A stretch of 64,000 nt of DNA from Candidatus Neochristensenella gallicola (GCA_904419735.1 CAJFSR010000014.1:5955-69954); one strand, 5' to 3'. Positions 28,438 to 37,196 are shown, counted from the first letter of the stretch. Notes: generated from the sequence alone by a model not told the origin. Made by a program: numbers and translations.

Positions 28438-29607
28438 TCATTTAAAACACTCATTGAAGATTTGAAGTATTTCTTCATGAGTCATTTTCATATAACTGCC
28501 CGCAGAAATGCCGCATGAATAGGCAATTTCTTTTAACGGCGCTTCATCGCTGAGGCCCAGCTCCTTTAAAGTGGAGGGCAGGCCGATTTCCTTGATGAAA
28601 GCCTCCAGGGCGTCTATGCCTGCCAGAGCCAGCGCCTCGTCTGTTTTCCCGTTTCTGGGGATATTCCAGACATTTTGCGCAAACCGGACGAATTTAGGCA
28701 GGCCATATTTGTAAATATGACGGTAATAGGTTGGGTGCAGCACTGCCAGGCCGCAGCCGTGATTGCAGTTTGTATAAGCGCCCAGCTGGTGCTCCATATT
28801 GTGACATTCAAAATCACATTTTTTGCCCATTTTTATAAGACGGTTCTCCGCCATGGTGGAATCCCACATTAAATTGGAGCGGGCTGTATAATCAGTTGGG
28901 TTGATAATGGCGGCTCTCAGATTCTTAATGACGCTTTTCATGAGCGCCTCCATTATATCGTCCGAAACATTGTCCTGGTCGGGCTGGCTGAAATAAGTTT
29001 CCATGATATGGCTTAAAATATCAAAGCTGCCCGATACCATCTGTTTTTTGGGTACGCTGTATGTGTAAGTCGGGTCCATAAGGGCAAATGCGGGATTAAG
29101 CTTAGGATAGTCCCTGCCGGTTTTTATTTTTTTTGCTTCATTGGTTATGACTGCGCCTCCGTTGCATTCGCTGCCAGTACCCGCCGCGGTTACTATCACG
29201 CCTAACGGGAGGGGCTCAATTTCAATTACGCCCTGCCTTGCCCAGAAATCATCCCATATGTCTCCTTCATATCTGGCGGCAAGGGAGACAGCCTTAGAGC
29301 AGTCCATCACGGAGCCGCCGCCTACGGCCAGAATCATGTCTGCCTTTTCGCTTTTGGCCAGGCGGGCGCCCTCAAGCACTTTGGCGTAAGCAGGGTTGGA
29401 CATGATGCCTGAAAATTCTATAATTCTTTTGCACGCATTATTTAAAATGCCGGTTACTTCTTCGTATACGCCGTTTTGTTTTATAGAGCCGCCGCCGTAG
29501 GCAAGCATTACTGTTTGGGCTCTTTTTGTCAGGCAGGCAAGATATTCTTTGACGCAGCCCTGCCCGAAATATACTTTAGTTGCGTTTTGGAAAATAAAAT
29601 TGTTCAT
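28438..29607 (-). CDS. iron-containing alcohol dehydrogenase (butanol dehydrogenase/YqhD-like)
   Basis: 389 aa with GGGSVMDCSKA and the metal-binding His cluster CHNMEHQLGAYTNCNHGCGLA. Confidence 0.88.
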   Translation of the reverse strand: MNNFIFQNATKVYFGQGCVKEYLACLTKRAQTVMLAYGGGSIKQNGVYEEVTGILNNACKRIIEFSGIMSNPAYAKVLEGARLAKSEKADMILAVGGGSVMDCSKAVSLAARYEGDIWDDFWARQGVIEIEPLPLGVIVTAAGTGSECNGGAVITNEAKKIKTGRDYPKLNPAFALMDPTYTYSVPKKQMVSGSFDILSHIMETYFSQPDQDNVSDDIMEALMKSVIKNLRAAIINPTDYTARSNLMWDSTMAENRLIKMGKKCDFECHNMEHQLGAYTNCNHGCGLAVLHPTYYRHIYKYGLPKFVRFAQNVWNIPRNGKTDEALALAGIDALEAFIKEIGLPSTLKELGLSDEAPLKEIAYSCGISAGSYMKMTHEEILQIFNECFK

Positions 29608-29746
29608 AAAAACATCTCCTTAAATTGTATTTCGGCTGCTGTTTTCCGGCTATAGCGTGCGGGAAAAATATGAGGCCGCTGCGCCGCCGTCAAAGGGACA
29701 GAATATAATAGGATGCCGGGGAGGCGATTTTCTGGTCTGCCAGGGC

Positions 29747-29828
29747 GGGATCATTTGCAATATTGCGGCATCCCTGATTTTTTTCGGTTTGCCAGGTTGG
29801 GATTATTTGCAATATTGCGGCATCCCTG
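29747..29828. promoter_or_regulatory. two 30-bp direct repeats, each containing the perfect palindrome GCAATATTGC
   Basis: GGGATCATTTGCAATATTGCGGCATCCCTG (29747-29776) and GGGATTATTTGCAATATTGCGGCATCCCTG (29799-29828), 52 bp apart. Each is bracketed by GGGAT/ATCCC. Located 140-220 nt upstream of the ADH start. Confidence 0.4.
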
Positions 29829-29865
29829 CCTTCTGCTGCTTTGCCAGGTCAAAGGGTGCCCTCAT

Positions 29866-30945
29866 TTACATCTGGGCCTCCCAAAAGGCGACTGCTTCGT
29901 CCAGCCAGCCCTGGGCTATGGTGCCGGTGCCCAGGCCGAATCCGTGGCCCAGGCCGGGGTAATGGCGGAACTGGGTGGGGATGCCCAGGCTGCTCATTGC
30001 GTTGAGCCTGTTTTGCATAGTGCGCCAGTTGGCTATTCCGTCCCTTTCGCCTACGCAGGCAAAGGTAGGCGGATCGTTGGGTGTATAATCGGTATGCCCG
30101 GTATACTGCATGATTACGGCGCCCGGCCTGGGAAGCTGGTCCCCGTTAAAGGCTGCAGGCCCGTAGGAGCCAAGCCAGGCAGCCATTCTTCCGCCTGCCG
30201 AACCGCCCCATAGCGAATAGCAGTCCGTATCCACTCCAAGCTCTTCTGCATTTTTGAAGATAAAGCTTATGGCACGGGCCAAATCCTCGCAGGCGGTTTG
30301 CGCTCCGGGACGGTATATCAGCGCAAAAGCATTATAGCCCCGCTTGGATAATTCCAGCGCGTGGGGGAAGCTGTCCTGCATGGCGCCGACATAGGCGAAT
30401 CCGCCGCCTGCATTGCATATGGCGAATTTTTCGCCCTGATTGCCTCTGAAGAAAAATAATCCGGTATCTTCTTTAGCGGGATCCTCCGCTTTTTCCTGGG
30501 GAGTATAAATATCATAAAATATGGTTTCGCCCGCCAGAACGCTGTCCTTAAAATAATTTGCTATTTCCACAGTTTTGTTTGCGTCAATATTGCTGTACCA
30601 TGTCAAACGCAGTCCGCCCAGCGTTTCGCCGCTGTAGTAAGCGCTGTTTACGGGGAAAATCAGCCTGCCGTATCCTTCAAACGCCGGATAGTTTATAACT
30701 TCGTCTATTCTTGTTTCAGCTGTAAAAGCTTGATTGAGATTCTGATGGGACTGCATGTTATCCGTTCCTTGGGTCTCCTGTGCGGAAGCTTTGGGCGGCT
30801 GCGCCCCATGGGAGGGGAGCGCCGTGCCGTTTAGGGAAGCCTGAATGCTGCATGCGGTCAGACAAAGCGTTAAGCAGAGTACCGTAAGCGTGAGCCTGAT
30901 TCTTTTCAATTTGTTACCGCCCGCCTTTCCTTTGTTTCTGCTCAT
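29866..30945 (-). CDS. lipoprotein alpha/beta-hydrolase
   Basis: The start is at 30945 (MSRNKGK...LCLTACS lipobox), and the nucleophile elbow is GGSAGG in LWGGSAGGRMAA. The 456-aa track ORF is a 5' extension overlapping the LysR gene. Confidence 0.7.
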   Translation of the reverse strand: MSRNKGKAGGNKLKRIRLTLTVLCLTLCLTACSIQASLNGTALPSHGAQPPKASAQETQGTDNMQSHQNLNQAFTAETRIDEVINYPAFEGYGRLIFPVNSAYYSGETLGGLRLTWYSNIDANKTVEIANYFKDSVLAGETIFYDIYTPQEKAEDPAKEDTGLFFFRGNQGEKFAICNAGGGFAYVGAMQDSFPHALELSKRGYNAFALIYRPGAQTACEDLARAISFIFKNAEELGVDTDCYSLWGGSAGGRMAAWLGSYGPAAFNGDQLPRPGAVIMQYTGHTDYTPNDPPTFACVGERDGIANWRTMQNRLNAMSSLGIPTQFRHYPGLGHGFGLGTGTIAQGWLDEAVAFWEAQM

Positions 30946-31072
30946 ATTATAAAAAAATAGAGACTTCAGCGGAAGTCTCCATTTGTTAATCAGCATATAC
31001 TTAAAGGTTAACAGCGCTTTCTGCGGCGTCAGAATAAAGAATTTATGCGCTTTTGCGGCAGTTAAAATAAAA

Positions 31073-31966
31073 TCAAGCGCTTTTGGTTTTTTCAACGGCC
31101 TGTAAAAACTTTTGGACGGTGGGAGAGGGGTGAGGCGAATGCAGCAGGCCGAAGGGAATAGAATATCCCCAGTCAACCGGCATGATTTTGAGCAGAGGAT
31201 GCACATATCTCCAGTTTTCCACGGCCATGAGCACACAGTTATTGTTTTCGCATTGGTTAAAGGCAGCTACGTCATAAAAATCAAAATCTACAATATGAAT
31301 CTGCGGATGGTTCTTCCAGATATCGTCCCTCAGCAAATCTACATAATGGCTCCAATCCCGGCGCATGAGCATCAGGTTTTCGCCGTAAAGGTCCTGAAAA
31401 GTTAATTTTTCCTTCTGCGCCAGCTTATGATGAACAGATACTGCGCAGCAGATAGGCTCCCTTGAAAGCTCAAGGCCGGCGCATTGGCGCAGCTTAAGCA
31501 TGGTTTCGTCAAATATGCCTGCTACTACGTCGATATTCTGTCCCATATTGCCTAAAATTTCTCTGGCGTTTTCGGGGGTGTTGTCAAAGGGAATAAGCTG
31601 AAATTTTATATTGGGGCAGTATTCCTGAAGCTTGGGCCATAAATCTACCAGCACCTGAGCGGGAGTCATGGGGGAGGTGCCTATGCGGATAATGTCGGTG
31701 CTGTCCTGCATGGCGTTTTTGGCCCGCGTTACTGAATCCTTGCAGTATTGGATTATGTATCTGGCATCCTGATAAAGGGATTTTCCGGCCTTAGTGAGCA
31801 GCAGGCCCCTGTGGGTGCGTGTAAAAAGCTGTAAATCCAGGCTTTCCTCTAAAAGATTGATTTGCTTGATAACTGCGGGAGGAGAAATATAAAGCTTTTC
31901 GGCGGCCTTGTTGAAACTGCCCGATTCGGCCACATATAAAAAAGTTTCAAGCTGCGGATTATACAT
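31073..31966 (-). CDS. LysR family transcriptional regulator
   Basis: N-terminal wHTH (FLYVAESGSFNKAAEKLYISPPAVIKQINLLEESL) plus a LysR substrate-binding domain. Confidence 0.88.
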   Translation of the reverse strand: MYNPQLETFLYVAESGSFNKAAEKLYISPPAVIKQINLLEESLDLQLFTRTHRGLLLTKAGKSLYQDARYIIQYCKDSVTRAKNAMQDSTDIIRIGTSPMTPAQVLVDLWPKLQEYCPNIKFQLIPFDNTPENAREILGNMGQNIDVVAGIFDETMLKLRQCAGLELSREPICCAVSVHHKLAQKEKLTFQDLYGENLMLMRRDWSHYVDLLRDDIWKNHPQIHIVDFDFYDVAAFNQCENNNCVLMAVENWRYVHPLLKIMPVDWGYSIPFGLLHSPHPSPTVQKFLQAVEKTKSA

Positions 31967-32287
31967 TTAGAACAGCCGTCCTTTCTTTGATGCAATAAGG
32001 AGGAGGCTGAATTGGGCCGCTTGCGCAATCTGCATATATTCCCAGACGAGCATTTGAAAAATCTGTTTTATGCCGTGCAGACAGTTTTATCAAATATCAG
32101 CTTAAAGCCCGGTTTTTCCAAAGCTAAGATATAGTCCCTCCACAAATGCGAAAATATCAAATATAACAGATATATTTTATTCGATTTTTGGCAGTATGTC
32201 AATATTTGCAGAGCACTCTTGAAATAGCTTAGTTTTTATTCCTTAAAAATGAAAAGCGGCGCATATTTTTATGCGCCGCTTACCCTA

Positions 32288-32539
32288 CCCTCAGTTTACA
32301 AGGAAGACGGCCAGAAGGTATAAAATATGCGTCCTGCTGCGTTGCTTTGACTCAATGTACGCCCGGTACCTGTCGGCACAAATTTTATGCCTTCTGACTC
32401 TGAGAGCTCAAACGGAGAGAAATTTCTTCAATTTTAAGGCCAATGATGGAAGCGTACTGGGAGTAAGCCCATTGAGGATAACGTGGAAAATGAAGAAATT
32501 ATCTCGTTATGAGGCGTATAATTCCTTGCAAATTACAGT
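32288..32539 (+). mobile_element. MITE family A, copy A5 (252 bp, decayed right TIR, internal deletion)
   Basis: TA|CCCTCAGTTTACAAGGAA ... TTCCTTGCAAATTACAGT|TA, with about 17 bp missing after CGGTACCTGTCG relative to the reference copy. Confidence 0.8.
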
Positions 32540-32550
32540 TAACGCAGTCT

Positions 32551-32721
32551 TTATAATTTTTCCTCCGCCGTATCCGTTTGAGTTTTGGTCTGCTGCTTTT
32601 TCTTAAGATTCCTGATTTCGCGGTTTATTCTCTGGCATACCCCCGCGTTATTGCGGTCTTTTCGCGTATTTAATATGTGCAGCCTGTTTTCTAAAAGAGC
32701 GATTTTGGTTGAAATATCCAT
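32551..32721 (-). CDS. candidate 56-aa basic small protein (MDISTKIALLENRLHILNTRKDRNNAGVCQRINREIRNLKKKQQTKTQTDTAEEKL)
   Basis: Below the ORF-track cutoff. Uninterrupted frame with a weak RBS (GAAAGGAT). No homology evidence available. Confidence 0.3.
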   Translation of the reverse strand: MDISTKIALLENRLHILNTRKDRNNAGVCQRINREIRNLKKKQQTKTQTDTAEEKL

Positions 32722-32903
32722 ACTTTTATCCTTTCTTCCGAATAATTTTTTTTCAATTTTAACTAAAAATCATACCGTCTTCAAAACAAGACGGCGCCCG
32801 TTAAGAGCTTTTTCCTGCTGTGGAATACATAATATATTAATTTGCGGCAGCTCTCCTTCCCTGGCCTAACCAGCCTCTAAGTGTTTGTTTTTCTCTGTGC
32901 TTT

Positions 32904-32939
32904 ATCCGAATACGGATTATATTATATCCGATATCGGAT
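32904..32939. promoter_or_regulatory. pair of palindromic operator-like sites ATCCG-N4-CGGAT
   Basis: ATCCGAATACGGAT (32904-32917) and the perfect palindrome ATCCGATATCGGAT (32926-32939), about 40-70 nt upstream of the putative marR promoter. Confidence 0.45.
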
Positions 32940-32975
32940 AAAAGCCAAGAGGCCGAATAAAAAATTAAAAAATGC

Positions 32976-33004
32976 TTGACAATGCGGCGGCAGTTATATA
33001 TATT
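32976..33004 (+). promoter_or_regulatory. candidate sigma-70 type promoter of the marR-ABC operon
   Basis: TTGACA (32976-32981), a 17-nt spacer, then TATATT (32999-33004). Confidence 0.5.
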
Positions 33005-33055
33005 GTCAAACGTCCGAATTAATATTGTATGATTTCGGATGATGGAGGGCTGTAT

Positions 33056-33514
33056 ATGAATAAAGGAGCTTCGCCCCCTGAAACTCTTGCCGGCTTTAGG
33101 GAGGCTACGATGGAATTGGATAATGTCTATTCCGCGTTTCCCAAGGCATGCGGCTTGTCAGACGCTGAATACTGGTCTCTGCTTATGGTTTACGAAGGCG
33201 CTGCGACCCAGAGCCAAATCAGCGGCCAGCTGTTTCTCAGCCGCCAGACATTAAATTCAGCTTTTAAGCAGTTAAGGAAAAAGGGACTGATTAGGTTAGA
33301 GCCGTTTGAAGAAAACCAGCGTTCAAAGCGGGCGTTCTTAACAGAGGCGGGCAAGCTGTTTGTGGAAAAGTATGTTATTCAAATGCACCGGGTAGAGGAA
33401 GAGGCATGGCGGCGGCTGGATGAAGAAGAGCGTATAAAGCTCACATCCCTTACGCGGAAATTCAGCGGCCTGGTCCGCCGGGAATTAAAAGCTTCAAAAT
33501 TTAATATTCATTAA
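33056..33514 (+). CDS. MarR family transcriptional regulator
   Basis: The start at 33056 has GGAGGG upstream. Shows a winged-helix block (TQSQISGQLFLSRQTLNSAFKQLRKKGLI). Confidence 0.85.
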   Translation: MNKGASPPETLAGFREATMELDNVYSAFPKACGLSDAEYWSLLMVYEGAATQSQISGQLFLSRQTLNSAFKQLRKKGLIRLEPFEENQRSKRAFLTEAGKLFVEKYVIQMHRVEEEAWRRLDEEERIKLTSLTRKFSGLVRRELKASKFNIH

Positions 33515-33517
33515 TGC

Positions 33518-33601
33518 TCATCGGAGGTTTGCGGCCGTAGCCGCAGCGACCGGAGAAGATGTCGAGTGCGCTCGGTTATTTAAAAGTAACCGGGCGTTTT
33601 T
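33518..33601 (+). promoter_or_regulatory. leader/attenuator element E1 (structured region, SD-ATG mini-ORF, intrinsic terminator)
   Basis: Starts with TCATCGGAGG and has the hairpin TGCGGC-CGTA-GCCGCA. GGAGAAGATG opens a 20-codon ORF (33559-33621). The terminator CGCTCGGTTA-N8-TAACCGGGCG plus T5 lies at 33569-33601. Homologous to E2. Confidence 0.5.
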
Positions 33602-33617
33602 ATGTTTGGAGGCAATT

Positions 33618-33860
33618 ATGAAAAAAATTATAAACGGAATTACATATGATACCTCGGCGGCGCAGCAGTTATCTGCCTTTTATTTTTCATTGCATGGCAT
33701 TGCAATAGAGGAAACTGCCTATTTAATGCCGGAGGGGCACTATTTCATTGTTCGGAGCATTAACGGGCAGGAAACGGTATTATTAACTGCATCGGCTGAA
33801 GATATACCCCGCTGGAAAAAATATCGGAGCCAGTTCCCTGAACAGCTCTGGCTTGGATAA
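33618..33860 (+). CDS. hypothetical 80-aa protein
   Basis: ATG at 33618 with GGAGG 5 nt upstream. No recognisable motif. Flanked by the two E elements. Confidence 0.4.
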   Translation: MKKIINGITYDTSAAQQLSAFYFSLHGIAIEETAYLMPEGHYFIVRSINGQETVLLTASAEDIPRWKKYRSQFPEQLWLG

Positions 33861-33953
33861 GGAGGAAAAAGCCGTGCAGAGCATGATTTGTATTCCTGCG
33901 CCGGTATGGGGGCGTTCTCCTCCAAATAACGGCAAATTAATATTAAATAACGG

Positions 33954-34058
33954 TCATCGGAGGACTGTCTGCCGCAATGGCGGGCTGAACGGATATTCAG
34001 CCGCAGTCGAGGAAGATGCCGGGTACGCCCGGATTATTACGGTAATCCGGGCATTTTT
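33954..34058 (+). promoter_or_regulatory. leader/attenuator element E2
   Basis: Starts with TCATCGGAGG and has a larger structured insert. GAGGAAGATG opens a 9-codon ORF (34016-34045). The terminator GCCCGGATTA-N6-TAATCCGGGC plus T5 lies at 34027-34058, directly upstream of the ABC exporter start. Confidence 0.5.
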
Positions 34059-34093
34059 CTGCTGAATTATATAGGAAAGGATTAAATGATTCA

Positions 34094-36095
34094 ATGAAGC
34101 TTATATTGAGGTTTATAAAGCCCCACTGGAAATTGTGCGCGGCTACCATTTTGCTTTTGATTGTGGACGTACCCTCAGTTTACAAGGAAGACGGTCAGAA
34201 GGCATAAAATATGCGTCCTGCTGCGTTGCTTTCGCTCCAAGTACGCCCGGTACATGTCGTTTCTGCGCCTTGCATGACACAAATTTTATGCCTTCTGACT
34301 TTGAGACCTCAAACGGAGAGAATTTCTTCATTTTCAAGGCAGACGAAGAAAGCGTACCGGGGAGTACGCTGATTGAGGATAACGCGGAAAATGAAGAAAT
34401 TATCACTTTGAGGCGTGTAGTTCCTTGTAAACTGAGGGTAACGGGAACCTTAATAATTTCTACGTTTGCCGCGGAAATGCTCAATCAGGGGACATCGGGA
34501 GCGTCCTTTGAAATGCTGCTTAATACCGGGCTGAAAATGGCGGCTGCATCAATTATCTCCAGCGTATGCGCTATTTTGGGCGGATATGCCTGCGCCGCTC
34601 TTTCAGCGCGGGTAGGCAAGGATATGCGGCTGGCTATTTATAATAAATCCTTAAAACTCGCCATATATGATTTCCGCCAGTTTGGAACGGCTTCTATTAC
34701 CACCAGAACGGTTTCGGATATTACCACCATTCAGTTTGCATTGACCAGCTTTATACAGATGGTGCTGCCTGTTCCGGTAATTTTCGTTGTGGCGCTTCTT
34801 TTGGCCTTCGGCCTGGATGTGGAAATGGGCGCTATACTGTTAATTGCAGTAGCGGTTGTTTTAGTTATCGCCCTGTTTATTATGAAAAGCGCTTCGCCTT
34901 TGTTTAGAAAATTACAAAAGCTGCTGGACAGGATGACCACTATTTTACTGGAAAACATAACCGGAGTCCGCGTGGTCCGCGCCTTCAATAATGAGCGCAG
35001 GGAGGAAGCGCGCATGGGAGAGGCTTTTTCCAATTACGCCCAGACTTCCATAAAGGCCAACCGGCGGTTCGCCAATCTGGACGGACTTTCCTTCCTGTTC
35101 ATAAATCTTTTTATAGTTATTGTATATTGGCTCAGCGGCGGGAGAATCAGCTCCGGGCATCTTCAGATTGGCGATATAACCGCCGTTATCGGTTATGCAA
35201 TGATGGTGCTGTTCTTTTTGATGATGGCCCAGATGGTTGTTCTGACCATGCCCCGCGCTTTGGAATGCTGCGGCCGCGTGCAGGCGGTTCTGGAGCATAC
35301 GCCCGAAATCCAGGACATGGTTCCGGAAAAAATGCAGGCTGCGTGCGAAGAGAAGAAGGACGAGGTGCTGGCATTTAAAGATGTTTCCTTTAGGTTTGCA
35401 GACGCGGAGGAGGATACTTTAAGCCATTTGAATTTCGTATGCAGACGAGGGGAGACCACGGCGATAATAGGCGGCACAGGCAGCGGCAAGTCCACCGTAG
35501 CTTCCCTGATCCTGCGCTTTCATGATGTTACCGGGGTGCGGTATGCTTAAACGGCACGGACGTCCGGCAGCTTACCCAGCATTATCTTAGGGATCACTTA
35601 GCCTATGTCCAGCAGAAGGCGTGGCTGTTTTCCGGCAGCATTGCGGACAATCTGCGGTACGGCAATAAAGACGCCGGGGAAGAAGAATTAATGCATGCAG
35701 CAGACGTAGCGCAGGCGGGGGATTTTATACGCGCTTTGCCTGAGGGGCTGGATTCCTATGTGGCGCAGGGCGGCACTAATTTTTCGGGCGGGCAGAAGCA
35801 GAGGCTGTCCATTGCCCGCGCGCTGGTGAAAAAGCCTGAGCTCTACATATTTGACGACAGCTTTTCCGCCCTGGATTTTAAAACTGATGCGGCTCTGCGC
35901 AAGGCGCTGGCGAAGGAAACCAAGGATTCCGCAGTGTTGATTATTGCCCAGAGGGTGAGCACCATCCAGCATGCAAATCAAATAGTAGTGCTTAACCAGG
36001 GGCAAATGGCCGGCATCGGCACCCATGAGGAGCTGCTGCAAAATTGTCCGGTTTATCGGGAAATCTATGAATCGCAGACCAAGGAGGCACATTAA
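34094..36095 (+). pseudogene. ABC exporter (fused TMD-NBD, MdlB/MsbA type) disrupted by a MITE insertion and a frameshift
   Basis: The N-terminus MKLILRFIKPHWKLCAATILLLIVDV (34094-34171) is separated from the rest of the TMD by the element at 34172-34438. The Walker A region GGTGSGKST is followed by a -1 frameshift in a G-run (35533-35536). The NBD continues in another frame (LSGGQKQRLSIARAL, IFDDSFSALD). Confidence 0.85.
34172..34438 (+). mobile_element. MITE family A, reference copy A6 (267 bp) inside the ABC exporter gene
   Basis: Has a perfect 20-nt inverted terminus including the flanking TA (TACCCTCAGTTTACAAGGAA / TTCCTTGTAAACTGAGGGTA). TA lies on both sides (34170-71 and 34439-40). 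Removing the element plus one TA restores the reading frame. Confidence 0.92.
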
Positions 36096-36097
36096 GC

Positions 36098-37196
36098 ATG
36101 AAGCCCGAAATGAAAAAACAGAGAGGCCGGAGCACCGTATCCAGGCTGTTTGGCCAGCTTAAGGGCCAGCGTGTCCGGCTCAGCGTTGTCGCTCTTTCCA
36201 TTATTGTTTATGTGGGCCTGAGCATATATACTCCCATGTTCAGCGCGACTGTAATAGACCATCTTTGGCAGAGCATTCAGGCGGCCTGGAAAGAGGGAAT
36301 ACCATTTAGCATTACCTGGACTAATATGGGCGCGGAATTGACCCAATTAAGCGTGCAGTATCTGCTTACCTGGATTTTCTATTATCTGCAATCCTACCTT
36401 ATGGCAAACGTAGCCGAATGCCTTAATTTGGAGCTGCGCAGCCAGATTGCCAGGAAATTGAACCGGCTGCCCTTAAGCTTCTTTGACAGGAATAAGGCCG
36501 GTGAAATTTTAAGCCGTGTTACCAGCGACCTGGATAAAATTGCCGAAGTGCTTCAGACGGGTTTGCTCAAGCTTATAGTGGCTGTGGGGACTATTATAGG
36601 TTCTTTGGCGGTAATGTTCTATTACAGCGCGGCGCTGACCTGCATTTTCCTGGGCTTTATGCTGGTAAGTATGATAATTACACAGATTGTAGCCAAAAAG
36701 AATCTGCGCTGTGCGGCTGAGCGTCAGGAAACTATAGGAGAACTGACGGGTATAGTGGAGGAATATTATAACGGACGTAACGTGATTAAAGCATACAATC
36801 ATGAGGAGGAAAGCATCCGGCAGGTTGCCGCCGCTACGGAAAAAAACCGCATTGCCAACCAAAAAGCGGACTTTTTAACCAACTGCGTCAATCCGCTTAT
36901 CAGGCTGCTTACCCGCCTGGCTAATGTTGTTATTGCAATTATTGCAGGCAGGGCCATGCTTAACGGCACAATGACGGTAGGCGTTGTGCAGGCGTTTTTC
37001 CAATATGTCAATCAGACGGCCGAGCCTCTGACCGAGGCCTCCTTTATGATTAATTCGCTTCAGTCGGCGCTGGCCTCGGCTAAACGTACTTTTGAATTAT
37101 TAGACGAAGAGGAGGAGCGACCCGATCCATCTCATCCTGCCGTATTGGAGCGCGCTCAGGGCAATATCGCTTTTAGTCATGTAAGCTTCGGGTACC
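36098..37196 (+). pseudogene. second ABC exporter, 3'-truncated (TMD only, NBD lost)
   Basis: A typical type I exporter TMD runs up to NIAFSHVSFGY. After about 37196 the frame runs antisense through the FGE-like gene, so the 591-aa track ORF is chimeric. No Walker A, signature or Walker B follows. Confidence 0.8.

Noticed and set aside
30946-31236. The 5' extension of ORF 29866-31236 overlapping the LysR gene
   Set aside because: The signal peptide and lipobox begin at the Met at 30945. The upstream part overlaps the 3' end of the LysR gene and has no RBS.
34086-34097. Three-codon mini-ORF ATG ATT CAA TGA overlapping the ABC exporter start
   Set aside because: It is too short to evaluate, and the RBS spacing fits either ATG. 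It is noted only as a possible alternative initiation site.
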